Source of the DNA: Thelocarpon superellum
Taxonomy: Eukaryota
Direction of reading: 5' to 3'
Length of the DNA stretch: 33,824 bases
Assembly (NCBI GenBank): GCA_026025795.1
Contig: JAPEUG010000177.1
Span: forward strand, 1-33,824
The position numbers and the translations under genes are program-made. Under the pieces are notes generated by a model that searched no databases, was not told where the DNA came from, and worked only from the letters and a program-made list of their open reading frames with translations. Below are positions 1 to 10,769 of this stretch, piece after piece. Positions within the stretch are counted from its first letter, which is position 1. Each line of letters opens with the position of its first letter.

Positions 1-2
1 CA

Positions 3-666
3 GGCTCAGGCTCAGGCTCAGGCTTACACTTGGGCAACTTCGTCTGCGCCATCGTCGGAGATGGCACATATCTATTCAGTGTCCCGTCGAGCGTCTTCTG
101 GATCGCCCACCGCTATGGTATTCCGGTATTGACCATTGTCTTGAACAACAAGGGTATTTCCTCCACCACCCCTATGCTTCCCCTCCATCTCCCTCCATCC
201 CTTTGAGTTTCAATCTTTCCATCCTCGACAGACAGACAGACAACCGAGACTGACAGGACTTGGGCGCTATGGAAAAGGATGGCACGCCCCGCGCCGCTCG
301 CTCCTCCTCGTCCACCCATCCGGCGAAGGCGCAAAGGCAAGCAACGAACAACTGCATATTGAATTCGACCCGTCGCCTGATTACGCCGGCATTGCGATTG
401 CCGCTGCGGGTGGGGGGGATAGAGATATCCCTACTTCGTCGTCGTCATCGTCGTCCTCCCCTTCTACCGGTACCAGTACCAGTACCAGTACCCTCGCTGG
501 AGGAGAAAAGGTCGAAGGAGGGAAGAAGGTGGAGGAAGGGAAAGGAAAAGGCATATACGGCGCCCGCGTACACTCCGTCTCTGAACTCGCCATCTACCTC
601 CCCCGCGCTATCCGTGCAGTTGCTGAAGAGGGGAGAGGTGCCGTGCTGGATGTTTGTATTGCTTGA
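3..666 (+). CDS. 3' end of a thiamine-diphosphate-dependent enzyme (acetolactate synthase/benzoylformate decarboxylase-like family), 5'-truncated by the window edge
   Basis: Absent from the ORF track. Frame from 3 reads GSGSGSGLHLGNFVCAIVGDGTYLFSVPSSVFWIAHRYGIPVLTIVLNNKG, the ThDP-binding GDG-X~27-NN motif. Intron 154..277 (GTATTT...AAG), then WHAPRRSLLLVHP...PSPDYAGIAIAAAGG...GRGAVLDVCIA-TGA (664-666). Exons <3..153, 278..666. Confidence 0.88.
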
Positions 667-1308
667 ACCCCCCCCCGCCCCTCTCCCGCTTTATTCCTTT
701 TCCGTCATGCTTTCTCTTTCATTCGTTTGTCCTCATTTTGCGGGTCATGGTCATGGTCATGGTCTTCCTCGCCGATCAACCGACATCTAGCCACTTCTCC
801 CCATCCATCCCGTTCAGATCTCAATGTCATAAGCTACGCGGGAACAGTTGGAACAAAGAGCAAAGAGGACGAGAAGACTGAAAACAAAGCAAATTGGTAT
901 CTTTCGTGTTTACGTTCGCGCCTCCTCTACCGTCCACCTCTGAGGCCCCTTGGGCTGTCATCCCCTGGCCGTGACCCTCGGGCCGTGGCTCTGTTTGTAA
1001 TTCCGACTATGACTGGCAGGGGATAGGTACGCGAGGGTATAGAAAAGAATCTTGGACAAGAGCAAATCTTCAACAACGCCTTTCCCCAATTCCACCTCCC
1101 CTCCAAGAAATATAAACACACACAAACCCTTCTCGCGTTTTCGTGACCCCTGAATAGACTTTTCGTTGCCTTGTGTCCTTCGTTCTTCGTCCACGGTCGT
1201 TGATCGTTGGTCTATGGCCCTTGCGTCTTTCATCTTTGTCTTCGTCATGGTCATGGTCATGGTCATCATGTCATCATCGCACTTCCCCTACTCTCCGTCT
1301 CGTACACG

Positions 1309-4300
1309 TCACATCTGACGAGGACCTGGTTGGGCTTGGCTGCTGAACCCCATCGGTCCCATCGGCCCATACCCAGACATGGAGTGCGACGTCGACGGCC
1401 GACCGCTGTCAAAGGACGCGCGAGGATCATGCTTCGGCGTGGCATCGCCCGGCATGACGGCGAAAGGGAATTTGCTATGATCGAGCTGTCGTGCTGGCCA
1501 TCCTGGATGTTCCTCTTCTGGTAGGTTGACCCCACTGTCGTTCCACGGATTACGATACGCACTGGACTGCGACTCGATGCTCACCAGCGACGCCTTGGAG
1601 CCATTGCTCGAGTTGTTCTTGAAGAACGACGCCGGCGACGTGGAATGGTTTTTGCGTCGCTCCAGAAACGACGAGATGCTCGAGATGCTCCCCGGTTTGC
1701 GAAGCTTGTCAAAGATGGACCGCTCCGTCACCTCCTCGGCAAAGTGTGTCTTGGTTGGTGAATCCGTGCCCACTGGTGCCGGCGCGTGCTGTAATAGCTT
1801 CGAGTTGAAAAAATGCAGGTTGTCCTCGAATGAGTCCGACTTGGGCCGCGGAATGGAGCCCTTGATCGTCGTCGCGTCCAGTCCATGAGCCACCAGGCGG
1901 GAGATCAGAAAGTCCACCGCATCCTTGAGCCCACCCGCGTTGTTCCGCGTGTACGTCAGGAGGATCGATTCCGTCCAGGTCGGCGACGGTGCCAGGCTCT
2001 CTGCTGTCTTCTCCGTCATCTCCGTCTTCTCCTTGTTGAGATGCATGTCCACCTCGTATTGCGCCTGGAGCTTTTCCTGCACCTCCGTCTTGAACTCTGG
2101 CGACTCCACGAATTGGCGCAGCTCCTTCGATCCCGGAAGTACAATCTCGTGGCTCTCTGGTACCATGCCCTACATCCTCAGTCAGCCCCGCACGGGACGC
2201 GGTATCGGAACGACTCACCAAAAACTCATCGACCGCTTGCGGTACTTGATACTCTGGTCCCGACACCGTCACCACGTCACTGGCCATCTCCGTGCTGGGA
2301 AAGTTGATCTTGCAATTCCACTTCTTCTCCAATTCCTCAATCTCACCCATGCGCGTGATGAGCTCGCGATGGTAGAGTCGATTGATGACCACAGTCTCTT
2401 GGACAAATTCGGCGTCCTTGGTACACGTCAATCTCTATCATCCCAGGTGCCTGGCGACTCCGCATCGGCACTCACCGCCTTCTCCACCATGTCCATGATC
2501 TCCTGCTTGACCAGGTCCAGATTCTGCGCATTGCGCGCCGGCGTCCGACAGATGACGTTGTCTACCTTGGCATCGTCCTCTTCCCGTCCCACGGCGCCCC
2601 GCTCCATGGCATTGGAGAACTTCACGAAGACCGAATATTTCTTCATGATGCGCTGGATGTGCTGGCCACCGATGCCGATGATGCGCTTGTGATATTGATC
2701 CGGCACATGGAACGAGATGGACGCTGGCATCTCTTGCTCTACCAGGTCCAGCCCGTTCTTGGTGGCCTCATATTGCGCGCCACACACGTCGATGTGGAAG
2801 TTGTACTCGTTGAACCCATCAAAGAGAATCTGCACGTTGCCTGCTCATCATCAACACGGTTCAGTCTCGCAGGGCCCATTAACCTACTCTGGCCCATGAT
2901 CTTGTTGATCTTGCCATTCTTCTTCCCACTGACGAACTCCTTGTGCTCATTGGCGAGCTCAATTTTGACCCGCATCTGATATTGGGCGCGCTTGACGAAC
3001 GGGATCTGATATATGACCATCATGGCGGCCTTGACGCTGTCGTCGGAGCCGTTGATGGTAAAGGTAAGCCGGTCGAAGCTGACCTCCGCGCCGCTGTTAG
3101 TGCAGATGTCTGAAAGCATTGTGCGCACGTCCGAGGGCGATGGTGCTCGCACGGTGGTGCCTGACGTGGGGTCGGGTAGGAGGATCCACCAGGTCGCACC
3201 GTAGAACTGACCGGCCTGCGACGAGTCAGGTACCCACACCGCATCAATGAGATGGTGCGACTCACCAACGCCATGAGTTCACGCACGGTACGGTCGACAT
3301 GAGCAATCTCCGTGGCCTGCACCCGCACAGCACCATGTTGGCCGCCGAGGGGCGGGAACAGAATGAACGATCCGTGGCTCTCCGTAACCTTCCGGACTTT
3401 ATCCATTCGTTCCAGCAGTATGGTATCAAGCTTCTCGGGCGCGACCAAAGCCTCTTTGATGTAGCACTTGGTGTTGATGGTCTACCGAAGGTTAGCCACG
3501 CTACTAGTCGAGCTACATCACGTCACGCACCAACTCGTGGAGCCTCTTCTTGGCCATCACAATGTTCTCGGCATTCTCGCCCGTGATGAACACCTCATCG
3601 TCGCTGCGTCGCCGTGCTCCGGGTGGAGTGTAGCCATAAACGTGGGGGAAGGGCGGGGGGAAGTAGATGGCGGTATTGGTGGCGGATTCGATGAGCTTGA
3701 TGTTCTTTCGCGACCGTCCACATATCAGATTATGCAAGGAAAGTTCGATCTTCGTAACATCGACCGTCCGTTCGAGCTAGGTGATGTGTCAGTGGGGTGG
3801 GGCGTGGTGGGCGGTCGCACAAGATCCGAGACTCACGATCTGGTCGACCATGATCAGGACACGCGTCTTGGCGTGATCGGCGCTCTCCATGTCTCCATAG
3901 ACAGCAACGCGTAATCGTTGGTCCAAGCCCGTGTCCGGGCTGCCATTGAAGTTGACGCTGGCCGTCTCCGGATCGGTCGGTCGCGGTCCCAGTAAGAAGA
4001 CATCCGTCCCCGTAAAGGTGGCGATGACGTCGAGATGCTCTAACACGCTAGACTTGACCGTATCATTGGCGGCGTCGATGACCAACTTGGTGTCGATATC
4101 GACCGTGGCACATCGCTGTGGCCCGGGTTAGCCCACCCCACACGCATGAGGCAAAATGATGTAACGAACCAAGGCAATAGGCGTGTCTTTCAAGATCTTG
4201 CCCCGCAAGCGGCGTACGATGTCGCCGTCGCCTGACAGGCAGACGTTGGTGACCAATCCCTTCAACGGCCGATGCTGGAGGGCTGAGATGGGTTTAGGCT

Positions 4301-4709
4301 CCGATGAGGTAACGGCAGCCTCGACCGTCCGTCCCTCGTTCTCTTCGCTGATCTGCCGACACAGCCTCCGTAGCACCTCGACATTGTTGGCGTGAACTGG
4401 CAGCTTATGGGTTGGGGTGGTGGGGTCGGAGCCTTCGGGATGGACCCAGCGTTCGAGGGCACCAGGACTGGCATGGAGAATATCTTCGACATCGGGACCA
4501 GCCAGATTGGAGGAGAATGGTACGTTGAAGGAGAGGTTGACAACATTGTCGCCGGGAGTGGCGGGCGACACAGGGTTGCCGCCCAGAGGTCGTTTGCCTG
4601 CCGCCGAGATAGGTAGATCCATGTTTGATCGTGACATGCCCAGCCCGGTTGGCGTCATCCTCTCCCACCCATGACGGGCGGAGCCCGTGAGGTTGCTGAT
4701 CTTATGCAT
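1309..4709 (-). CDS. Multi-KH-domain RNA-binding protein (resembles the S. pombe Mug60 / yeast YLL032C-type family)
   Basis: 8 exons: 4709-4170, 4115-3837, 3776-3531, 3481-3266, 3215-2888, 2840-2476, 2416-2219, 2169-1309. All 7 introns are GT..AG and preserve the frame. KH signatures: HNLICGRSRKNIKLIE, HKEFVSGKKNGKINKI, HKRIIGIGGQHIQRI, followed by a Ser-rich disordered tail. Confidence 0.9.
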
Positions 4710-5219
4710 AATCCAGATGAGGTGGGGAGGTCTGGAGTGAATGGGGGCTACGTCAGTGACCGTACGTAGGGGAAGGCCACGGACGTGGCTGGGCAGACCC
4801 AGCAGCGAACGGACGTTGGGATGGAGAGGCGGAGAGGAACGGTGGAGAGATGTGGAGGTGGAGAGGTGGAAGGGAGGGAGGTAGAGAGGTCGTGTCTAGA
4901 GGAAGAGGAAGGCTGAGGATGAACGAACGTGCCCACTTTGAGGGTAGTGGGCGGCGGTACGGCAATCCGCTGGGGCCGAGCAAGAACAGGTAGCGAGCAG
5001 CTTGCGTGCCTACGACGAACTAGACTGGTTGAGTTGCCGAACGGACTCATTCTCCTCCATCCCTCACAAAAATGCCGGGTCCTCTGCTGCTGCTGCTCCT
5101 CCTCTGCGGCCTCCTGACAGGATAGTGGAGGCACGGTCAGAGGATTAGGCATCACCCATGCTGCACAAGTACCGTGCAACCAAGTGACGGAGTATCGTGT
5201 TTGTATTGACCTTGTCCTA

Positions 5220-5276
5220 GCACTGGCACTGGCACTGGCACTGGCACTGGCACTGGCACTGGCACTGGCACTGGCA
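5220..5276. repeat. (GCACTG)9.5 hexanucleotide microsatellite upstream of the KH gene
   Basis: Perfect 57-nt array read directly. It explains the spurious LALALA/ASASAS/CQCQCQ ORFs. Confidence 0.97.
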
Positions 5277-7342
5277 AAGGCCCATCCCGCCGGGCGCAGT
5301 CGACACACGACCAGCGTCCGACCTAACACCCTCGCGACTCGGCAGTCCACTCGCATCCATGCCGCCCGTACCTACCCCTGCACATGCCTGTCTGGAGTCC
5401 TCCGTAAAGTAGGCGGTGCGAAGCGAGTCGTGGGAGGGCCCAGCAAAGCTGCGCAATCCATTGGACCTCGGGCCCTCACCGGAACCTTTTCCGCTGCGTG
5501 AGAGGGGAGGGCAGCAAGAAGAAAGAGAAGCCTTCAAGATTATTGTCTCGTCCAGTGGCATGGCTGGCCATCATGGTGTTAGAGACCTGTCGCGTGCGAG
5601 GCCGGAATGGGCGCTCTGGACAGGCAACTCGTCAAGGAAACTCGTCAAGGCCCGTGATAACACGATAAGAACGCCACCACCTACCGAACTTGTCGCCAAG
5701 TGGACTCACGCCTCTTCCGGGGCAGGCCGGCAAGTAAGGAACGCTGTAAAAGTATTCACTCGCTGTCCGATATGCCATGTCCCACGTCCGCTGCCCGCCA
5801 TTCGCGACACGTCATCCCAGCAATGCCGACGGACTGGGGCTTTCCAGGAAGGAAGAGCTCGCCTTCCGGGAACAGGTCCTACACATCGCCGTTCCACCGT
5901 CCAATTCTGCAGGGACCATGCGTGTCTGCGAGGTCGGAAAGGGTTGAGCGAGGGCCAAGGCGCCGGGCTAGACCCTCCAACACCAACAGCGAGCGACGCG
6001 GGCGAGCCGATGATGTAGCCACACCTCAGGGTACCTGACGCTCACCCGAGTACGAGAACGTGTGCTGGCACTTTTACTGCAGTAGTATGTTACTCGTAGC
6101 TGTGGGAGCAAGGCACCCCGACCCATGCACGCTGATCGAGTAAGCATCTCCTCCCACTGCCTGCAGCCAACCAGTCATGCAGCGTAGAATCGCCGACGCT
6201 CGGAGCTGAGCGACGCGCCCGACACCACTTTGGCTCACCACCCCCAAAATCGGCGATTAATGCTGGTAGGACTACCACCGGCGCATCCGTTGCCCGGATC
6301 AGGCTTTGAAGTAAGTAAACAAATTTGACCATCCGGATCGTACCCAGCGCTGGTCTCAACCATACCGACTCCGTCATTCTCCGTGGAATCGCTTGGCGAC
6401 TCCAGCATACGCGCGCCCCGGGGCGCTTGAGGACCCTGACTCAGTCTGCGACCGTCGACGCTCGTTGGTGGGAAATGGAAGCGGGCGTGGGTATCAGAGC
6501 TGCGTGTCGGGGAGAACGAAGCGCCGAGTTTCGCTGCTCCGCCATTTCATTGGCGGAGGAGAAGACGAGGATGGTAAGGGTGAGACACGAGCTACCCCGC
6601 CCAGAAATGCTCGACTCCCTCCGTCCAGCCCCAGCCCTTTGGGGGGGCCCCCTAGCGTACTTTGGCCCAACCGCTGCATCCTCGGAGGGGGGCGCTCCTA
6701 GCAGTGCCTCCGCAAAATTCTCCTCGGGATACTTCGTCCTTCCGCTAGTCAAGAGCCGTGGTGGTCTCGACCACGCGATCGTTCTCATCCGCTTCTGGGC
6801 TTCGACCGCAAGAGCCGGATTTGGCGACGGCGCAGGGAGCACGAGCATGCAATCGCCAGAAATGACCTCATCCCTCGTCACATACCAAGCCTTGAGGGGC
6901 ATTTCGCTCTACGTATACTCCAATGCAAGGATGCACAAGTAAATATTTCCGTCGCCAAGGGTATCTCCGGAATCATCAACGGCTTGGTATCTGTTCCTCT
7001 GATTCTCGGGCGATCATCGCCGCTCAGCGACAGTTCCACCCTGTGCTCGTGGTCGAACCCCAGGAGCTGGAAGGCTTGCACTCAACATTCCGACCACGCT
7101 CATCAATCTGATCTCAACTCTTATGCTTGGGATATCAACGACGCCCATCAGCACGCGTCCACGACTGGCCACGGCTTATTCATTTGATGGCTCGTAAAGT
7201 TCATCAAGGAGATAGGTCCAGAACATCTTGCAGTTCGAATGTGACAAGTTATGGAGAGTAAGCGTAGAGCTTCAGATTTCTATCGAGGGAGGTGAACCGG
7301 AAGTCTGGTGATTTGATGTACATTGGAACAGTAAGAGGTGAT

Positions 7343-9913
7343 CTACAAGCGATATGATGCCCGCCGGGCCTCTTCGTGGTACTCATGGCCGTTCTCGACC
7401 GCCATGCGCGTCGACTCGGCGTAGACACCGTCGTCGGCGTACCGCCGTACTCGCGTCTCTGGAACGTAGGCATACCCGTCGCCTGGAAGGCCATTGTATT
7501 CGCGGAGGACGGTTGCCCCAGGACGGACGCTGTATTCGCGCGGGGCCGGGGCGCCCATCTCTCGTCGAAAGCTGCCGGCGTAGGTGCGCGCCAACATCGG
7601 TTCTGGATGCACGCTCTCACGCTCGCGTTCTGTACGGTATTCGGGCGGAAGGGTGTACACGACGCTGTCGGCACGACCACTGGGCAGGCGGCGGACGGTG
7701 GTGCTTCGTGGAGCTACCTCGTCATCGACTTGCGCGACAAATCGGCGCCGCGATGCCACTTCGGCCGGTTCCAAGAATGCATTATGTGCACGGCTGATCT
7801 CGCCCGACCGTGCTGGGTAGTCCGGCACAGAATAGGCAGCTACCGAGGCGACTCGCTCTGAGGGCACCATCACAGGCTTCACGGACGCCCGCCTCATCGA
7901 TCGCGGTTCGCCGTACGGCTCCTCGACCGTACGACTGGGCCCCGCGAGGGAAATTCGAGCAGGCTCGTAGTATGGATTCATGTCGCTGGCCCGACGCGAG
8001 AGTAGATACGGAGGACGTCTCGCTACCGTCTCAGGCTCAACCCAGATGTGACGCGTGGACTCGACGCGTGACGGGGCGCGAAACGAGGTGTACTCCAACG
8101 GGGGCGATCGGTGTGGCCGACGTGGAGAGGGCGATGGCTCAGGTCGCAGATGTCGGATGGGGCCCGCGCCCGCGGAAGGTCGATAAGCCATAGGATATGC
8201 CGCGACGGGTGGATATGCTTCCGCCGCAACATACGACCCGAGCGGTGACGTGGGTGAGTGCGCCGGACGGGCGTATCGCGTGCTTCGGTAGCGCGGCCCA
8301 TCTTGCTCATACACTATTGGCCGCTGCAGAGTAGCACGCGTTGTGCGGAGTATGGGAGCCGTAGCACTGGGGCTATCGAGCTCATACCGGTCATCATATC
8401 GATGCACCATCCCCTCCAGATCGCGCCGGAGCGTCATTGCCGATCGGGAGCCGACCTCTCGCGCCGATGATAGCTCCGGTGAGAGCGGGACGTGTGGCGC
8501 AGGCCGCTGCCTGGCTGGCCGGATTTCCGTCAGATACATTGGCTGCGGCGAGACCGGCTCCGGTTTGATGTACGGCTCCGGCGAGAGGGATATGTGCCGA
8601 GGCGAGGGCGGTCGTCGCCGCTCCCCGTTGTCGCCCTCAGCACGACGACGCTTCCGCGGGCGATGCTCTTGTCGCAGAGCCTCGGGGCTTGGTTGTGAGT
8701 CATCGTGGTACATAGCATGATCGGGCTGTGGCGCAGCGGGCGTGTGCGCCACGGCGAGAGGCGAGACTCGCGCGGGCTGCGGGGCCAGGGGGGATCGAAT
8801 ATGATTCTGAAAGACTGGGATAGCAGGGGAGAGGTCAGCCACGGGCGGCGTCCGTCGCCGGGGCGATTCCACGGGATTCGGCTGAGCAAACGGGCGCGGT
8901 ATCTGTCCGGCATGATCGGCGGGGTTGGGTCGGGCGACTCTGACAGATGGACGGGTCTCTCGTGCTCTCGAGGCCTCCGGCTCGCTCTGGCCCAAATTAT
9001 CGCGTGAGGCTCGCCGAGCCGGCACGTATGGGACGGACTCATCTCCACGCCCCAGCACTGGCGGGACGGTGTCAAGGTGCACGTACAAATCATCGTCCGG
9101 GCTTGACAGTGAGTCCGCACCTCGCCCGGGTTCCTTGCGTGGCGCCGGACGACGAGCCATCCGCAGCGCCGCGTCGTTGGGTGAGGTCGGAGAATGAACA
9201 TGTTGCCTTTGCATCACCTGCGCATGCTCTGTGGCTCGATCAAGGTGCTCATCAGCCTCTGCTACAGACGAGTCATTCTGCAGGCTGGAGTAGAAAGAGT
9301 TCTCGTCCACGGAGTCACTTGCAACTGCACTTGCTCCGGCGCTTTCGACCGCAAGGTCCCGATCGTGCACCTCAGGGGCGGTATCCGGTTTGACAATCTC
9401 CTGCGCTTGGGCGAGGACATGCGCGACGTCCAAGTCCGGGGCCGTATCACCGGACGGCAGACCCACTTTGCGGCCTTCGCCCTGATCTTTCAGATGACGC
9501 TCGATGCGCTGGCGCAGCAGGTTGATCTCCGCTTTCACCAGGTCATCCGACTTGGTCAGCAAGATCGGGTCAATCCCCGACGGCGTCGCGACCGTGGTGA
9601 TGAGGGGAACGGCCGGGGGTTTTGCCGGAGCAGACGCGGCTGGGGGGGTAAAGGAGCTTGTGATGATTGACGCCACCGGCTTGGGCTCAACCGCCGCCGG
9701 TCGCGGAGATTGACGCGGCAGAGCGACATTGACCTTGGGGCCCTTCTTGCCCAGCAGATGCGTCGGCACCTTCAGGCGCGGGTGCCGTCCTCCAAAAATA
9801 TCATCCCGGAGACGCAGGATCTTCTCATACTCGCGCGTCTGCTTTAGCTCATCCTCCGTGAGCGACGGTATCACGCCGTTCCCACGGGACTGGCCGACCG
9901 CAGGCGCGGCCAT
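7343..9913 (-). CDS. Intronless ~856-aa uncharacterised Pro/Arg/Ser-rich protein, probably nuclear
   Basis: 2.6-kb uninterrupted ORF; first ATG is at 9913 (the track starts at an upstream TTG). Protein-like N-terminal helical blocks (EYEKILRLRDDIFGGRHPRLKVP; GIDPILLTKSDDLVKAEINLLRQRIERHLKDQ), a basic RPRKRRR stretch, remainder low-complexity. Confidence 0.85.
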   Translation of the reverse strand: MAAPAVGQSRGNGVIPSLTEDELKQTREYEKILRLRDDIFGGRHPRLKVPTHLLGKKGPKVNVALPRQSPRPAAVEPKPVASIITSSFTPPAASAPAKPPAVPLITTVATPSGIDPILLTKSDDLVKAEINLLRQRIERHLKDQGEGRKVGLPSGDTAPDLDVAHVLAQAQEIVKPDTAPEVHDRDLAVESAGASAVASDSVDENSFYSSLQNDSSVAEADEHLDRATEHAQVMQRQHVHSPTSPNDAALRMARRPAPRKEPGRGADSLSSPDDDLYVHLDTVPPVLGRGDESVPYVPARRASRDNLGQSEPEASRARETRPSVRVARPNPADHAGQIPRPFAQPNPVESPRRRTPPVADLSPAIPVFQNHIRSPLAPQPARVSPLAVAHTPAAPQPDHAMYHDDSQPSPEALRQEHRPRKRRRAEGDNGERRRPPSPRHISLSPEPYIKPEPVSPQPMYLTEIRPARQRPAPHVPLSPELSSAREVGSRSAMTLRRDLEGMVHRYDDRYELDSPSATAPILRTTRATLQRPIVYEQDGPRYRSTRYARPAHSPTSPLGSYVAAEAYPPVAAYPMAYRPSAGAGPIRHLRPEPSPSPRRPHRSPPLEYTSFRAPSRVESTRHIWVEPETVARRPPYLLSRRASDMNPYYEPARISLAGPSRTVEEPYGEPRSMRRASVKPVMVPSERVASVAAYSVPDYPARSGEISRAHNAFLEPAEVASRRRFVAQVDDEVAPRSTTVRRLPSGRADSVVYTLPPEYRTERERESVHPEPMLARTYAGSFRREMGAPAPREYSVRPGATVLREYNGLPGDGYAYVPETRVRRYADDGVYAESTRMAVENGHEYHEEARRASYRL

Positions 9914-10769
9914 CGACGGGGTGCCGCGAGACAATCGCGGAGGTCCGACGATGGAATCCCGCTCCCAGAGGTGACAAACAGGAGAGTGAATGAGAGACGA
10001 GAAGGTGCAGAGTCGAGGTAGAAAACCATCCAGCTCCCAGGGAAACCGGCAGCCCGGCAGAGGTGCGAATTACGGAGAACCGGGATCTCGGCCTGCAGCG
10101 AGAGTCGTTAGCGCGCTCCTCGGGCAAAACACACAGGGGATGGCGCGGCTGTCATCTGGTTCGATTAGTCATCGCAAATTCCTGACGCCGGGACTGACCA
10201 GGCCTGCATGACTTCGATTAATTACGATTAGTTCCGGCCTTGGTATGGCTATGTTATTTGCACGGGTAGGAAGACGGGAGCGGTATGCTTCGCTTCAACG
10301 CAGCAGTTGCCAGTTGACAGGTAGAGGGCTCGGATACGCCAGGCCCGGTGGCTAGGTTCACCTGAAGACCTGGAATAACGGATAAGATGCATCAGAACGA
10401 CGTGGAGGCTTCCAGTAAAATTTACAGTATCGGGATGCAACAGATATTACGGATGGCAACTGATTACGTGCCCGACTCAAGGGTCTTGTGCTCCTACAAG
10501 GACTGTACCTTGGATCCTTAGGAATTTCAGTGGGGAGAAATAAGACATTTCAAGTCCATGAGCAAGACGCGTACCCACTCGGCACTAGATACGTTGGCCG
10601 TGGGGATCGGCGGGCCAATCACGCCCGGCCCATGTGGAGCTGTCTGCTGGCACGACCGTTCCTCTACATCGGACCAGTAGCTACGATGTCATGTCATTGT
10701 TCACTTGATTAGCCACCTGCTCTAGAAAGACCGAGGTTGGAAAGTAAAGGCCGAGTTCCTTTCTTCGCC

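Noticed and set aside
260..790. 176-aa ORF in the track
   Set aside because: Wrong frame. The real reading frame of this region is the last exon of the ThDP enzyme (278-666).
4748..5561. ORFs with ASASAS, LALALA and CQCQCQ runs
   Set aside because: Translation artefacts of the (GCACTG)n microsatellite in upstream DNA.
5416..6942. ~200-aa ORFs at 5416-6018 and 6325-6942
   Set aside because: Non-ATG starts, overlapping ORFs of similar length on both strands and no domain signatures; consistent with GC-rich non-coding DNA.
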